Of a DNA stretch of 64,000 bases, positions 11,801-24,195 are shown piece after piece (the first letter of the stretch is position 1; every line of letters starts with the position of its first letter). Under the pieces are notes generated by a model, which did no database searches, was not told the origin of the DNA, and saw nothing but the letters and a program-made list of their open reading frames with translations. The translations under genes and the position numbers were made by a program. Where the stretch lies: NCBI GenBank assembly GCA_002633005.1, contig NMRA01000022.1, positions 1,436,618 through 1,500,617 of the forward strand. Direction: 5' to 3'. The stretch is from Phoronis australis. Its lineage: Eukaryota > Animalia > Phoronida.

Positions 11801-13542
11801 ATGAGTACAAGCTATAGCTTGTGCGACTAATAGCTGAGGTTTAATTTGATTAGTATCTCGTTCACGTTGGAAGATTGGTGACCACTGGCAACGAAAATGT
11901 CCTGATCTGTTTCTTAACGAACAACTAAGGGCCTTTTATATGGCCATTTCCTATGCCTAGTTTAGAATCTCCGCTGGACTCAAACTTCCTTACTATTAAG
12001 GGAATTTTACCACATGCATGGAGATTATGCAGCAACCATCTATGTCTAACCACTAGCGGATTGTTGCTATTCCGTCATAATACATGTTATTGCAATTTTC
12101 ATCAAAGATGTCCACACTACCAAAGTCAACGCCGGCGTCAGGATCTGCTATTGTCAATAGGTCTTCAACTTATCCTACACCGTTCCGTATTCTTAATGTG
12201 CTTTTGTCGTTTGACGTGGCAGGGCGAAATTTGATTCCGTCCAGTCATTCTTCATGTCATCTACACTTTAAACCGATAAACTTTGAATACAATGCTTAGT
12301 TTATCTGGCGTGGTGGCATCGACATGACAACAACTCGAGCTCCGAAACAGTGGCCGTTCACTAAAAACGAGACCATAACCTCATTTGATAGCTGGAGGCG
12401 TAATTTGCTGTACATCCTCTCATTTGCCCCTCACTTTGCGCTATTTCTTGTCGACGGCATTACTTGGCTCAAGAAAACTGCCACTGCTTCACTACGTAGT
12501 CTGACCGACGACCCCGAAGACACCCCAAAACCGCAGCGGCGTTCTGCTTACATGAAACTGGCTCATTTAGAACTCATGCTCAAACAAATTGCTAATTTTT
12601 GGACAGTCATATCACGTAATTTTTTTCTGAAGTCATTCACCTCCGTCCAGGCTTCACGTCCACAGGAGCACACTTTTTAGACCTGGGAATCGTATCACGA
12701 GATCCCTGTGAACGTCCTGAAGAACTATTCCAGCGCCTCACTGCTTTTTTCGAGGACAACTTACTTACCGTTGGGTTTGGCATAACGCATAATGGCGAAG
12801 CTATCGACATCGCCAAAGACATGAATCCCTTCCTCATAAATACAACGGTATTTTTATGGTTACAGCTGATCAACCCTTGTCTACCCCAACTTCTTAAGTA
12901 ACGATACGGCGCGGAGTTGCGTACCAAGTCCCTCGCCTGCATCAAGACTGACATTTCTTAGGCATGAACTCACTATTTGAAGAGCTTAGGTGCGTCGAGA
13001 ACACCCGTTCCAGCTCTATGACAAACCCCCCTCGCCGCCGTAGAGCCCCGCCGTGCGTCTTATGCACCACCGCTCTCCGCACTCCCTCAGACCACTTCTT
13101 GTCTCGGTGCCTGTTCTTCCCGCCTGGTGACAAGCGCACTTTTCTCAAAGCACGGTCCACCGTCCTTGACGACGGCACTGAGGACTGGTCCCCACAAGAC
13201 ACAACATCTTAAGACCAGTACTATTCTGATTCCGCTGTCGAACTTCCCATCCACATAGTCCAGTCTCCTTATCTCGACACGTTTGTTGGTCAAACCGCCG
13301 TACGGTTGACTGTGGTGCGACAGGAAACATGATTAGAGCATCGTGCGCATGTTCGTTGGGCGCCAAAGTTAGTAAAAATTCCCAAACCGCCTTCCAGGCC
13401 GATGGTACATTTACTCTACAGGTTGTGGGGGAAACTCGTCTTGTATTCACACGTGACAAATATTCCTTCGTTTTCGACAGTCTTGTTATCGAGTCCCTTG
13501 ACTTAGACGTATTGGCAGCAACCCCATTTATGACTTACAATG

Positions 13543-13837
13543 AACAGCTTGTTATCTAATTATTATTTTGAACTTTTCTTACACTCACCATAGCCAGAGT
13601 ACAAATACAAATAAAAATGAGTACAAGTGGACCTGCCAAGGTGGGAATTATGTATGAACACTGCTCACAATAGTCTATCTACATAACTTTAAACAAAGCT
13701 TGAGTCGCCCCTACTGGTGAACCCGCATTTGTGGTTACGCCTCTTTAAAAAGTTAAAACTGCCGAGGTGGGTCCATCTGGACCTGCAGGGAAGGGTCCTC
13801 CTGTTGCAGTGGTGTACACCCGTCGTGATGGGTCCAG

Positions 13838-13898
<61 letters not shown>

Positions 13899-14239
13899 TT
13901 GACTCACCTTGATGGGTCTATCTATATAAATACCCATCACGATGGGTCCACTTATAATTGGAGCCGTCACGACAGCTTCAGACCCATCACTGCGGGTCAC
14001 GCTATATAAATATAACTGGACCCGTCGTGACTGGTCCAGTTTATAGATAGACCCATCCCGAATTTGGTGTACCCAGTTACAAAGAGAGACTTCGCTGATC
14101 AACATTTACCGTCAGGTGTACCGACATATGATCATATTTTACATAGAAACATATATATTTATGTATGTGTCCCCATTTTTGTCCTTGAAAAGCAAAATTT
14201 TATTAGATAAGAAAGGTTAAAATTAAGTAAGAAGCTGTT
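13543..14239. mobile_element. 697-bp non-autonomous TIR element nested in the Gypsy pol region
   Basis: Ends are AACAGCTT...AAGCTGTT with a 4-bp TSD AATG (13539-13542 and 14240-14243). Removing it restores the reading PFMTYN-DISVRPA. The interior has gatgggtcca motifs in both orientations. Confidence 0.8.
13839..13895. repeat. (TA)n microsatellite
   Basis: Pure TA run inside the nested TIR element. Confidence 0.95.
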
Positions 14240-15863
14240 AATGACATTTCAGTACGACCTGCTTGCAAGGTTATCATGGTGTGTGATCGATCTACATACA
14301 GTACACCAATGGCCAACCCGTCAAACCAATACCCACGATCCACAACACGGTTGTCCAGCAACAGTCATATGGCCTGGTGGTTGTCTTAAGTTCACCAATC
14401 CTGAAGAAGGAAGAAGGTCTTGCCATCAAACCTCGCACCGACAGCATTAGTCTCCGCTCTACAGGTGTTTCCCAGGAATGGCCACAACCCGCCATTCTTG
14501 GCCTGACTGATAGCAAGATTCGCTTATTCAAAAACACCGATGAACCACGAGCTTTGCGAAGAGATGAACAGTTTTGCCAGGTGCATGCCGTGTTCACTCC
14601 TCCAGAGGTTCCAGTAGGGTCCTCGACAGCCACCCAGTGTACCCCATCAACCCAATTACCTTGGATCACCATCGTTTTGCCGCCTTTGATCCCGACAACA
14701 TTTTGCATGCTGCGGATCGGGACAGGTTCCACGCCCTGTATCGCGAATTTGCTCACGTATTTGATCCGCAATACCTGGGTACAATGACGCCGTAAGACCG
14801 TTCGAGGCAATTATCAACATCGTTCCTGCGCAACCTCCACAGCGAAACGGTCGCCTTCCCCAATACTCCAAGGACAAGCTTCTGGTATTGCAATGAAAAT
14901 TCAACGAACTGGAGCTTCTGGGAGTATTCGCCCGTCCAGGGGATGTTGGTATTACAGTAGAATATGTTAATCCTCCGTTTCTAATCAATAAACCCACGGA
15001 GGTTTTCGTTTAGTTAAAGCATTGTCAGTTGTTGGCTGATATGCCAAGCCCCAACCATCTCTCATGCCTGACGTAGATTCCGTGCTTAGGAAGATTGCTC
15101 TATGGAAGTTCATCATCAAAACTGATTTTACGAATGCCTTTTGTCAAATTCCTTTGTCACGATATCCCATGAAATATTGTGGCATATCCACACCTTTCCG
15201 AGGTTTCCGTGTCTGCGCACGTTGCGCCATGGGTATGCCCGGTTTGGAAACTGCTTTGGAAGAGTTGACGTGTCATGTATTGAGCGAACTTTTGGAAGAA
15301 GGAGCTGCCACCAAGCTTTGCTACTGTGGTGGTCAAAATATCACAGATTTGATTACCAACTGGAAAAAGGAGCTGTCTACATTGTCCACAGCCGATTTTC
15401 GTCTGTCCTCTACAAAGACAGTCATAGTCACGCGACGCACAGAAGTCCTTGACTGGATTTGGGTGATGGGTACATTACAAGGTAGCTCACGTCCGATAGC
15501 TGCTCTCTAGTCTTGTCTCAAACCTGGTACTATTCGACAAATGAGTTCCTTCATCGAATCTTGAAAGCTATGTTGAGAGTCGTGCATCTTTCATCGCCCC
15601 ACTGGACACCGCTATATCTGGGTGCAAATCAAAAGACCGCATTACCTGGACCGATGAGTTACGTGTTGCCTTCACCTCGGCCCAAAAGCCATTGCCCACG
15701 CATAAAACAATCACTCTACCCCGACCAGACGACCAGATATGGATAGTCGCGGACGCCTCTACGAAACACCCAAGCATCGCTGGTACACTATATCTCTCTC
15801 ATGAGTACACGCCACCTGTCTGCGGCCTCGTCAGCGCGAAACTGAAATCACGACAGGTTGCTT

Positions 15864-16098
15864 AAAAATAAGGCGGTCTGGTACACGTTGTACCAGACGT
15901 GGGCAGGCAGCACAATTGGGCTCAGTGCACTGATCACTTGGGGCTATTTTTGTGTTTTATTAATACATTGTTAAAACCGAGCTGAGGAGCTAGAATGCTG
16001 ACTAAATGGTCTAGCAGTGTGGCTTGGTGGTACTTGAACCCACGACCTCGAGTAATGACGGCGGGCACCCAGCACACAAGGCCACACTGCCTCCTGCA
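15864..16098 (-). mobile_element. tRNA-derived SINE inserted in the Gypsy RNase H region
   Basis: The minus strand begins ggaggcagtgtggccttgtg (A-box-like) and later has ggttcaagtacc (B-box-like). It is flanked by an 11-bp TSD acaggtt(g/a)ctt (15853-15863 and 16099-16109). Removing it restores AKLKSRQV[10 protein letters not shown]. Confidence 0.8.
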
Positions 16099-17906
16099 AC
16101 AGGTTACTTGGCTCCCATGTGAAATTGAGGCTCTCGCCATGGCTGCCTCCGTGAAACATTTTAGCCCCTATCTGATTCAGTCAATACAACCTGCTATCAT
16201 ACTTACAGACAGCAAGCCTTGTGTACAAGCTTTCGAGAAACTCTGCAGAGGCGACCTTTCAGTAAATCTTCGTCCGTTTCTCGCTATCATGCTATAGGTC
16301 GCCAAGTATCTGGTGCCACTAACATCGTGTTTGACTTCGCAAGTCGCCAAAGCCCAGAGTGCACCGACGTTTCTTGCCAATTGTGCCTTTTCGTGAACGC
16401 TCTGGAAGACTATGTAGTGCTCCGTGTGACTGCTGCCGCGTTCCTTCAGGGAGACCACAAATTTCCCTTCACCACGAGGTCATCCTGGTTATTCATTCAG
16501 TCCGAGTCTCCCGAGTTACGACGAATACACTCTCATCTCACCCAAGGGACACGGCCCTCAAAGAACATAGTTAACCAATGGTCGAGATGTTAAACGACTA
16601 ATGGACAAGCCTCTCGTTGCTCGTGAAGAACGCATCATCGTTCCACATACCATCTTGGACGACCTACTCACGGTACTTCACTTATGGTTAGACCACCCCA
16701 CCTCCCATCCGTTGAGACTCGTCACCCAACGATACTTCTCTGCACTGATTTAAACTCTGCCATAGACCGTTGCACAAGCATGTACCATCAATGTTGTTCA
16801 ATGCGCTCTTTCTCCAAAACCAGGACCCTGCAGAGTATCTCCAATACACCTGCCGCCGTTGAGACGTCGTTAGCAGCTGACGCCATGAAGCACGAGCGAC
16901 AGCTCCTATTGGTACTCCGAGAGTGCGTCTCTTCTGAGACAGCGGGCTTGTCTCATTGCTACTGAACGCCACGAGGATCTTCGAAATGGTCTTCTCCAAA
17001 TTTCTCTAGACTTGTGCTCGTTAGATAGCCCTTACGCACTTATCCGTACAGAACCGGGTTCAGGTTTCCAGGCCCTCCAAAAGGACAAACGCCTTGGACA
17101 TTATCGCATTTCAATTGAGGTCGGACACATCAAGAATCCCATACATAACCCTGTTACAGAGAAAGACATACAGGAGTTGCCACGGGAGTTACTGCGTGAT
17201 CTGCATGGTACCGGCAATGTCAGTTCCTTACAGTTGGCAGTTCACCAGTTGTCAAATATCATTTCATGACAATTGTTGGTCTCTTCCCAACGACAACTGT
17301 GGTGCATCAACCATGGACCCAGTGCGCGATCTAAAGCTTTTTGGCCAAGCAGGCAGTAAAATGCAACGCATCTGTTGCCGACCTCGTTTACCTCTACTCC
17401 GACAGGGACGAGTACAGAGCCCGCCCACGATACCTCGTAGTTGTTTCCGATGGCGTTTGGTTGAGTGTTCGAAAAATTTCTTGTCGTGTCAAACGCAGTG
17501 AGTGTTACCGTGTTCCGTCAGAGGTTATTGACATTCCATCTGCATCATCTGTCACTGTCCCATTGTGACTACAATGAGATCCCACTGCTTTCTGCTGTTC
17601 CCGTACTCGTTTCGTGGCTGTCTTTGTCCTGCGGTCCAGCTCCACGGTACAGTGACAGTTTACGACCTTCACGTGACCCACTTGTCAACACACCGGTGCC
17701 ACCCATCATCGTTCTTCCTGATGCATCTACCCAGAATGATTCTACGACAACGCCTGCTGTTGAAGATCCCATCTTCCCTGATCATGGCACAGAGGAGTTC
17801 AGGAAGGTAGCACCACAAACCTCATTGGCAAACGGACAATTGGATTTATGACTGATTCCACTTTTTACTGTGTTAACGTCTTTCGACGCCATAGTGACTG
17901 GAGATC

Positions 17907-19158
17907 TTATTACTCTGCTGGTGTAAGTGCAGAGTTCTGTTTTTCCTTGTTTTTTTTTCAATTTTATTCTTATTCTTTTTCTTCTTATTCTTTTTCTTCC
18001 TATTCTTCTTCCGACCAACTTTGACACTTAATAACTCCAAACTGGGTGCAGGCTGTACGTTGTTTAAATTCACCATATGATTTTTGACAGTACATAAATT
18101 TTGATTCGTGATATAATCGTATTCCATATTGCACCGGATGAGGTCGTTTGGTGCAAAGGTCATATAATTTCCAAAATGCTACTACTTCATTTTTAAAGCT
18201 ATCTTTTTCAAATTCGGTGCACAGGTATACGTCAACAAGGCAATTTAAACAATTACTTTTCTAAGTAATCGGGTCATCCAATCAGGTTAAACAGGTCAAA
18301 GGGCATTAGGTGCTAACTAAAATTTTGAGCTAGACACTTCAAATTCATAGGCCTGATTGGCACTAGTAATTCAATTCGGAATCCAAAGTTTCAGGTCATT
18401 TTGTGCAAACCTGGGGTCTTCTGAAAAATTGACCTTTTCATTCACCAAGTATTCTGATTTGTAAACCGTTAAACAACTGTGATTCTCAGCATTAAACACA
18501 TTCTTCGTGGGCTTGCAATAATTCGCCTAAAGACGTTTATAAAGCACCGGATAGGGTCAATAAGAGCAAAGGTCATCTAACGTTCAAAATGTTATATCAT
18601 ACGTTTTTCAAGGAATTCTTTTCAATTTCAGCACACTTGTTAATTCAGCATGCCAATTAAAAATCCTACTTTACTACGCAATAGGCCTACCCAATCAGAA
18701 AAAATAGGTCAAAGGTCATTGAGTGCAAACTAAAATTTTGAGCTAGAGACTTCAAAATTACATATCTGTTTATTAAATGCGACTGAGTTTGAATTCTAAA
18801 TTTTCAGGTCATTTGGTGCTCCATGGGGTCATTAGGTGCATTTTTCTTTTGAAAGTTTGACCAATTCATTCATCTTGTATTCTGAAGTGCTTAAAGTAAA
18901 ATATCTGTGATTCTTAGCATTAACTACACTTTAAATTCAGTTTACGATTATTCCCTGATCGGGGTTCATAATGCACCGGAAGAGGACCATTAGCGGAAAG
19001 GTCATCAAAATATTAACATGTAATTTCTCCTACAATTTTAAGGAACTCCTTTTCATATTGGTAAACGGGTTGCTGTCAGTAACTTCCCGAAACAATTCCA
19101 GAAATACGCAAGCGCAGAGTCCATTATTGTCACGCTGTTACAATAACCTTTCTAGTTT
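17907..19158 (+). mobile_element. Helentron/HINE-like non-autonomous rolling-circle element
   Basis: 5' TTATT plus hairpin actctgc...gcagagt, then a (TTC/TTA)-rich microsatellite and diverged internal tandem units (period about 415 bp). The 3' end has sub-terminal gcgcagagt, a palindrome ttattgtcac...tacaataa and a CTAGTTT terminus. Confidence 0.75.
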
Positions 19159-21179
19159 CCTCTGTGTTTACTGTTTTTTGTGTTTAACTTTACCCGTTCC
19201 TCGTGTAAGTTAAGCTCATTTTCGGAAAATGTGAAAAAACGTTCGCACATCAAGATTTTTGATTGATTTAAATTAGTCATTTCGTTGCTGTTCAGCTGTC
19301 TATGTTGAATTATAAACAGAAGCACTCTGGGCTTAAAAACGTTACCATGGTCGTTCGATCTTATTGTACATGTACATATGAACTAGCAAATCAAATCACA
19401 AGCAACAATGTGTACATGCCATTTTCTTCGAAATCACTCGTAATTACAGGGTTACCTAAATCCAATCAACTCTGAAACGTTTTATTGAGTCGCTGGTGAG
19501 TTCAATGTTGCTGTTGGCTAAGGACATGCAATCCTATCCACTGGTTCCACTGGGAATTTGAAATGCGGGTCCAAATACAGTTGCCAGTCATTTACTAAAT
19601 TTACTTTTTGGATCGGAATTGAAGCAATGACGTGTGACCTATGTCAAATGATACACATTGACGTGTAGCTTTACGTTTCCACTCATTTTTCTTCGATCGT
19701 TTCACTTCCATTTTCTGGTTCACGGAAGTTAGGGTCGTCACCAGTGGCAGTAGTCGCAGGGGATATCATATTGTTACCGTTTCTGGAGTGCATTAAAAAT
19801 GTAAGTGTTGTTGAAATTTGGCCTTACTTACCCTTAAGTCCACCACAACTTCTCATTACCACGCAACGAATTTATTCTTCGAATAAGCATATTTCCCAGT
19901 TTTAAGACCCAAATCCTGGTCTTGTTCACAGCCGAAGCCGAAGGTATACACGCGACATAGTTGTGGCTGACCTATTTTTCCCATGTACGAAAGTGCTTTA
20001 AGAGTGACTAGAGTAACTCAATATAACAGAAGTCCGCTTTTTGTTCCATGCAAAAATAGTTCTTGAAAACATAGTCAACTTTAAACGCACCAAATTAGAA
20101 GTGCATTATTCTCGAGCGTCAATACATCATTCGGCCTATGCCTCACGCAAGTTTTTTGACAGGAAAATTTTCAATCGTTGTAGTTAAAAATTTTGAACTC
20201 CGCGAACAACTGGAGCGAACTTGCGCTTAGAAAAATCTAAATTAGTTTGCATCTTCAACGACTTTGATGACATTTGTACACTAGGTCAGTCCAAAAATGT
20301 TAGCATTTTTTTCAAAGTTTATTTTCTCCTATTTCAAATTACGCGCTTAGCTACTCCAATAAACGTTTCTATTAGAGAGTACGGATTTAAATGTCGTATC
20401 GGCAACTAGCCTTACCGTTACGGCTAATCCTTAGAACTTAGTGGTAGTGTACCTCAATTTCAATGGACTTGGGTCACCACGGCGAATTATTGGTTTAGCG
20501 GTTAATTGTTTTGGGGTAAACAAATGCCCAAAATTTTCAATATTTCATTAGCTTATGCGTAGTATACTTTCGTTCAATTTAATTGCTCAAATATTTTGCG
20601 GGTCACAAGGACGGGCGGAGATACAAAATTCTGGTCTGACTCAAAATAATTCCCGTAAAATAAATAAACTTAAAGTTAACACTGTCTATTTTGAGAACCA
20701 ATGACATGTGAGACCGTGTGATTTAGTCGTGATTTGCGAGTTCGATTTACTGTCTTCCAGTACTTCCAAGAACCGGGTCAAATTCATTTTTCTCATGACA
20801 CCTGGAGGCGACTTCACATTCATAATTGTGATTGCCCACATTGAGATTCTGCCATGATGTGGTTGCCCCATGTCGAGACTTCTCCATATTGAGATTTTCA
20901 GGCATACTGCGTTCAAGTTAAATCGAAATTGCGATGAAATACAGGTACCCAATTAAATATATTAACACTTTAATACAACCTGTAATGTGACAGATTACCT
21001 GTAAAACAAAAACACAAACCGAACGAATTAATCAAATGGGAGCCAATATTATACTTTCATCAATATGACAGCCAAGATCCACGTCAATGTTGCCATGTTT
21101 GCAGCACCAAATTTGAGAATGCCTGAAAAGTCTGCATATACAGTTGTGTCTCAGCAGGGGTGCCTTCTGTAGACGCTAG

Positions 21180-24100
21180 CGTCTTTAGGAGAATCATTGT
21201 AAAGCCCGTGAAAAGTGTGTTTAATGCTGAGAATCACAGTTGTCTAACGGTTGACACATCAGAATACTTGGTGAATGAAAAGGACAAATTTTCTGAAGAA
21301 AAACGCACCTAATGTCCCATGGTTGCACTGAATGACCTGAAATTTTTGTATTTCAAATTGAATGAGACGTACCAATCAGACTTGTGAATTTAAAGTGTCT
21401 AGCTCAAAGTTTTAGTTTGCACCTAATGACCTTTGACCTGTTTTATCTGATTGAATGATTCGATTACTTAGAAAAGTAATTTTTTAATTTGTCATGTTGA
21501 CTTATACCTGTTGGCTTGTACCTGTATGCCGAATTTGAAAAGAATAGCTTTTTAAATAAAGAAGGAGTAGCATTTTGAAAATTACATGACCTTTGCCCCA
21601 AATGATCTCTTCCGGTGCATTATGGAATATGAATATATAATGAATTAAAATTTATATACCTGCAACCATTTTGGAGTTATTAAGTGTCAAAGTTGGTTGG
21701 AAGAAGAATAAGAATAAGAATAAGAATAAGAACTAGAAAGAATATTGTTACGGCGTGACAATAAGGGACTCTGCGCGTGCGCATTATTGGAATTATTTTG
21801 GAAAGTTACGGACAGCAACCCGTTTACCAATATGAAAAGGAATTCTTTAAAATTGTAGGAGAAATTACATGTTAATATTTTGATGACCTTTCCACTAATT
21901 GACCTCTTCCGGTGCATTATGAACCCCGATCAGGGAATAATTGTAAACTTGATTTAAAGTGTGACTAATGCTAAGAATCCCAGATGTTTTACTTTAAGCA
22001 CTTCACAATACAAGATGAATGAATTGGTCAAACTTTCAGGAGAAAAATGCACCTAATGACCCATGGGTGCACCAAATGACCTGAAAATTTAGAATTCAAA
22101 CTCAATCGCATTTAGTAAACAGATACGTAATATTGAAGCTTGTAGCTCAGAATTTTAGTTTGCACTCAATGACCTTTGGCCTATTTTTTCTGATTGGTTA
22201 GGGCTATTGCGTAGTAAAGTAGGGTATTCAATTGGCATGTTGACTTACACCAGTGTGCTGAAATTGCACTAATTGACCGTATCCGGTGCATTATAAGCGT
22301 CTTTAGGAGAATTATTGTAAAGACCGTGAAAAGTGTGTTTAATGCTGAGAATCACACGATTGACACATTAGAATAATTGGTGAATGAGAATGACAAATTT
22401 TCAGAAGAAAAATGCACCTAATGACCCCATGTTTGCACTAAATGACCTGAAACTTTGGATTCCGGATTGAATTACCTGTGCCAATCAGACCTTTGAATTC
22501 GAAGTGTCTAGCTCAAAATTTTAGTTTGTACCTAATGACTTTTGACCTGTTTAACCTGATTGGATTACCCTATTATTCAGAAAAGTAATTTTCTCAATTG
22601 TCTTATTGACTTATATCTGTGTACTGAAAAGAATAGCTTTTAAAATAAAGAAAGAGTAGCATTTTGAAAATTACATGACCTTTGCCCCAAATGACCTTTT
22701 CCGGTGCATTAGGGAATATGAATATATAATGAATCAAAATTTATTTACTGCCTAAAGTCATATGTTAAATTTGAAGAACATACCTGCAACACGCGCAGAG
22801 TAATAAAATCGAAGAAAACCCAGGAACAACAGTACTCTGCGCTTACACACGCCGAGTAATAAGAACTAGATAGATTATTGTCACGGTGTGACAATAATGG
22901 ACTCTGCGCGTGCGTATTACTGAAATTGCTTTGGGAAGTTACTGGCAGCAACCCGTTTACCAATATGAAAAGGAATTCTTTAAAATTGTAGGAAAAATTA
23001 CATGTTAATATTTTGATGACCTTTCTACTAATTCACCTCTTCCGGTGCACTATGAACCCAGATCAGGGCATAATTGTAAACTCTATTTAAAGTGTGGTTA
23101 ATGCTAAGAATCACAGATGTTTTACTTTAAGCACTTCAGAATACAAGATGAATGAATTGGTCAAACTTTCAGAAGAAAAATGCACCTAATGAGCCCATGG
23201 GTGCACCAAATGACCTGAAAATTTAGAATTCAAACTCAATCGCGTTTAATAATTAAATATGTAATTTTTAAGTCACTAGCTCAAAATTTTAGTTTGCACT
23301 TAATGACCTTTGACCTATTTTTTCTGAATCGTTAGGCCTATTGCGTAGTAAAGTAGAGTGTTCACTTGGCATGTTGACTTACACCAGTGTGCTAAAATTG
23401 AAAAGAATTCCTTGAAAAACGTAAGATATAACATTTTGAACGGTAGATGAACTTTGCTCTTATTGACCCTATCCTGTGCATTATAAGCGTCTTAAGTAGA
23501 ATTATTGCAAAGCCCATGAAAAATGTGTTTAATGCTGAGAATCACAGTTGTCTAACGGCTGACACATTAGAATACTTGGTGAATGAAAGGTCAAATTTTC
23601 AGAAGAAAAATGCAAATAACGACCCCATGTTTGCTCTAAATGACCTGAAACTTTGGATTCCGAATTGAATTACCTGTGCCAATCAGATATGTGAATTTGA
23701 AGTGTCTAGCTCAAAATTTTAGTTTGCACCTAATGACCTTTGACCTGTTTAACCTGATTGGATGACCCGATTACTTATAAAAGTAATTTTAGAATAATAG
23801 CTTTTAAAATAAAGGAGGAGTAGCATTTTGAAAATTACATGACCTTTGCACCAAGTGACCTCTTCCGGAGAATTATGGATTATGAATATATAATGAATCA
23901 AAATTTATATACTGCCTAAAATCATATGTTAAATTTGAAGATTATTCCAGTGACCATTTTGGAATTATTGAGGGTCAAAGTTGGTCGGAAGAAGAATAAG
24001 AAGAATAAGAATAAGAATAAAATTAAAGAAAAGCCAGGAACAACTGTACTCTGCGCTTGCACGCGCAGAGTAATAAAAATACTAAAATTGAAGAAAAACC

Positions 24101-24195
24101 ATCAACAACAGTACTCTGCACTGGCACGCGCAGAGTAATAAAATTGAAGAAAACCAGTAACAACAGTACTCTGCGCTTACACACGCAGAGTAATT
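21180..24195 (-). mobile_element. Tandem or nested array of the same HINE-like family (one truncated copy, two near-full copies, extra 5' modules)
   Basis: 3' ends (aactag + palindrome) lie at about 21731 and 22864. 5' hairpin modules end at about 22805, 22862, 24075, 24140 and 24193. The body is homologous to the reverse complement of 17907-19158. Confidence 0.75.

Larger units (their letters stand above)
12324..17851 (+). mobile_element. Decayed Gypsy/Ty3-like retrotransposon internal region (gag-protease-RT-RNase H-integrase)
   Basis: Gag-like MTTTRAPKQW.FTKNETITSF; protease-like TVDCGATGNMIR (~13300); RT KTDFTNAFCQIPL...TPFRGFRV...MGMPG (15064-15510); RNase H WIVADAS and WLPCEIEAL; integrase-like IRTEPGSGF...NPVTEKDIQEL. 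The domain order is Gypsy-type. There are many stops and frameshifts, and LTRs were not found. Confidence 0.85.

Noticed and set aside
13689-14105. ORFs with poly-IY tracts, and the CV/TH-rich ORFs at 42762-43012
   Set aside because: These are translations of (TA)n and (TG)n microsatellites.
16020-16098. tRNA gene on the minus strand
   Set aside because: Only degenerate A and B boxes are present with no complete cloverleaf. It is the head of a TSD-flanked SINE.
17907-24195. CRISPR-like or protein-coding repeats (MHRKRTISGK... ORFs)
   Set aside because: The repeats are long diverged units without unique spacers, there are no cas genes and the context is eukaryotic. The ORFs recur only because the non-coding element recurs.
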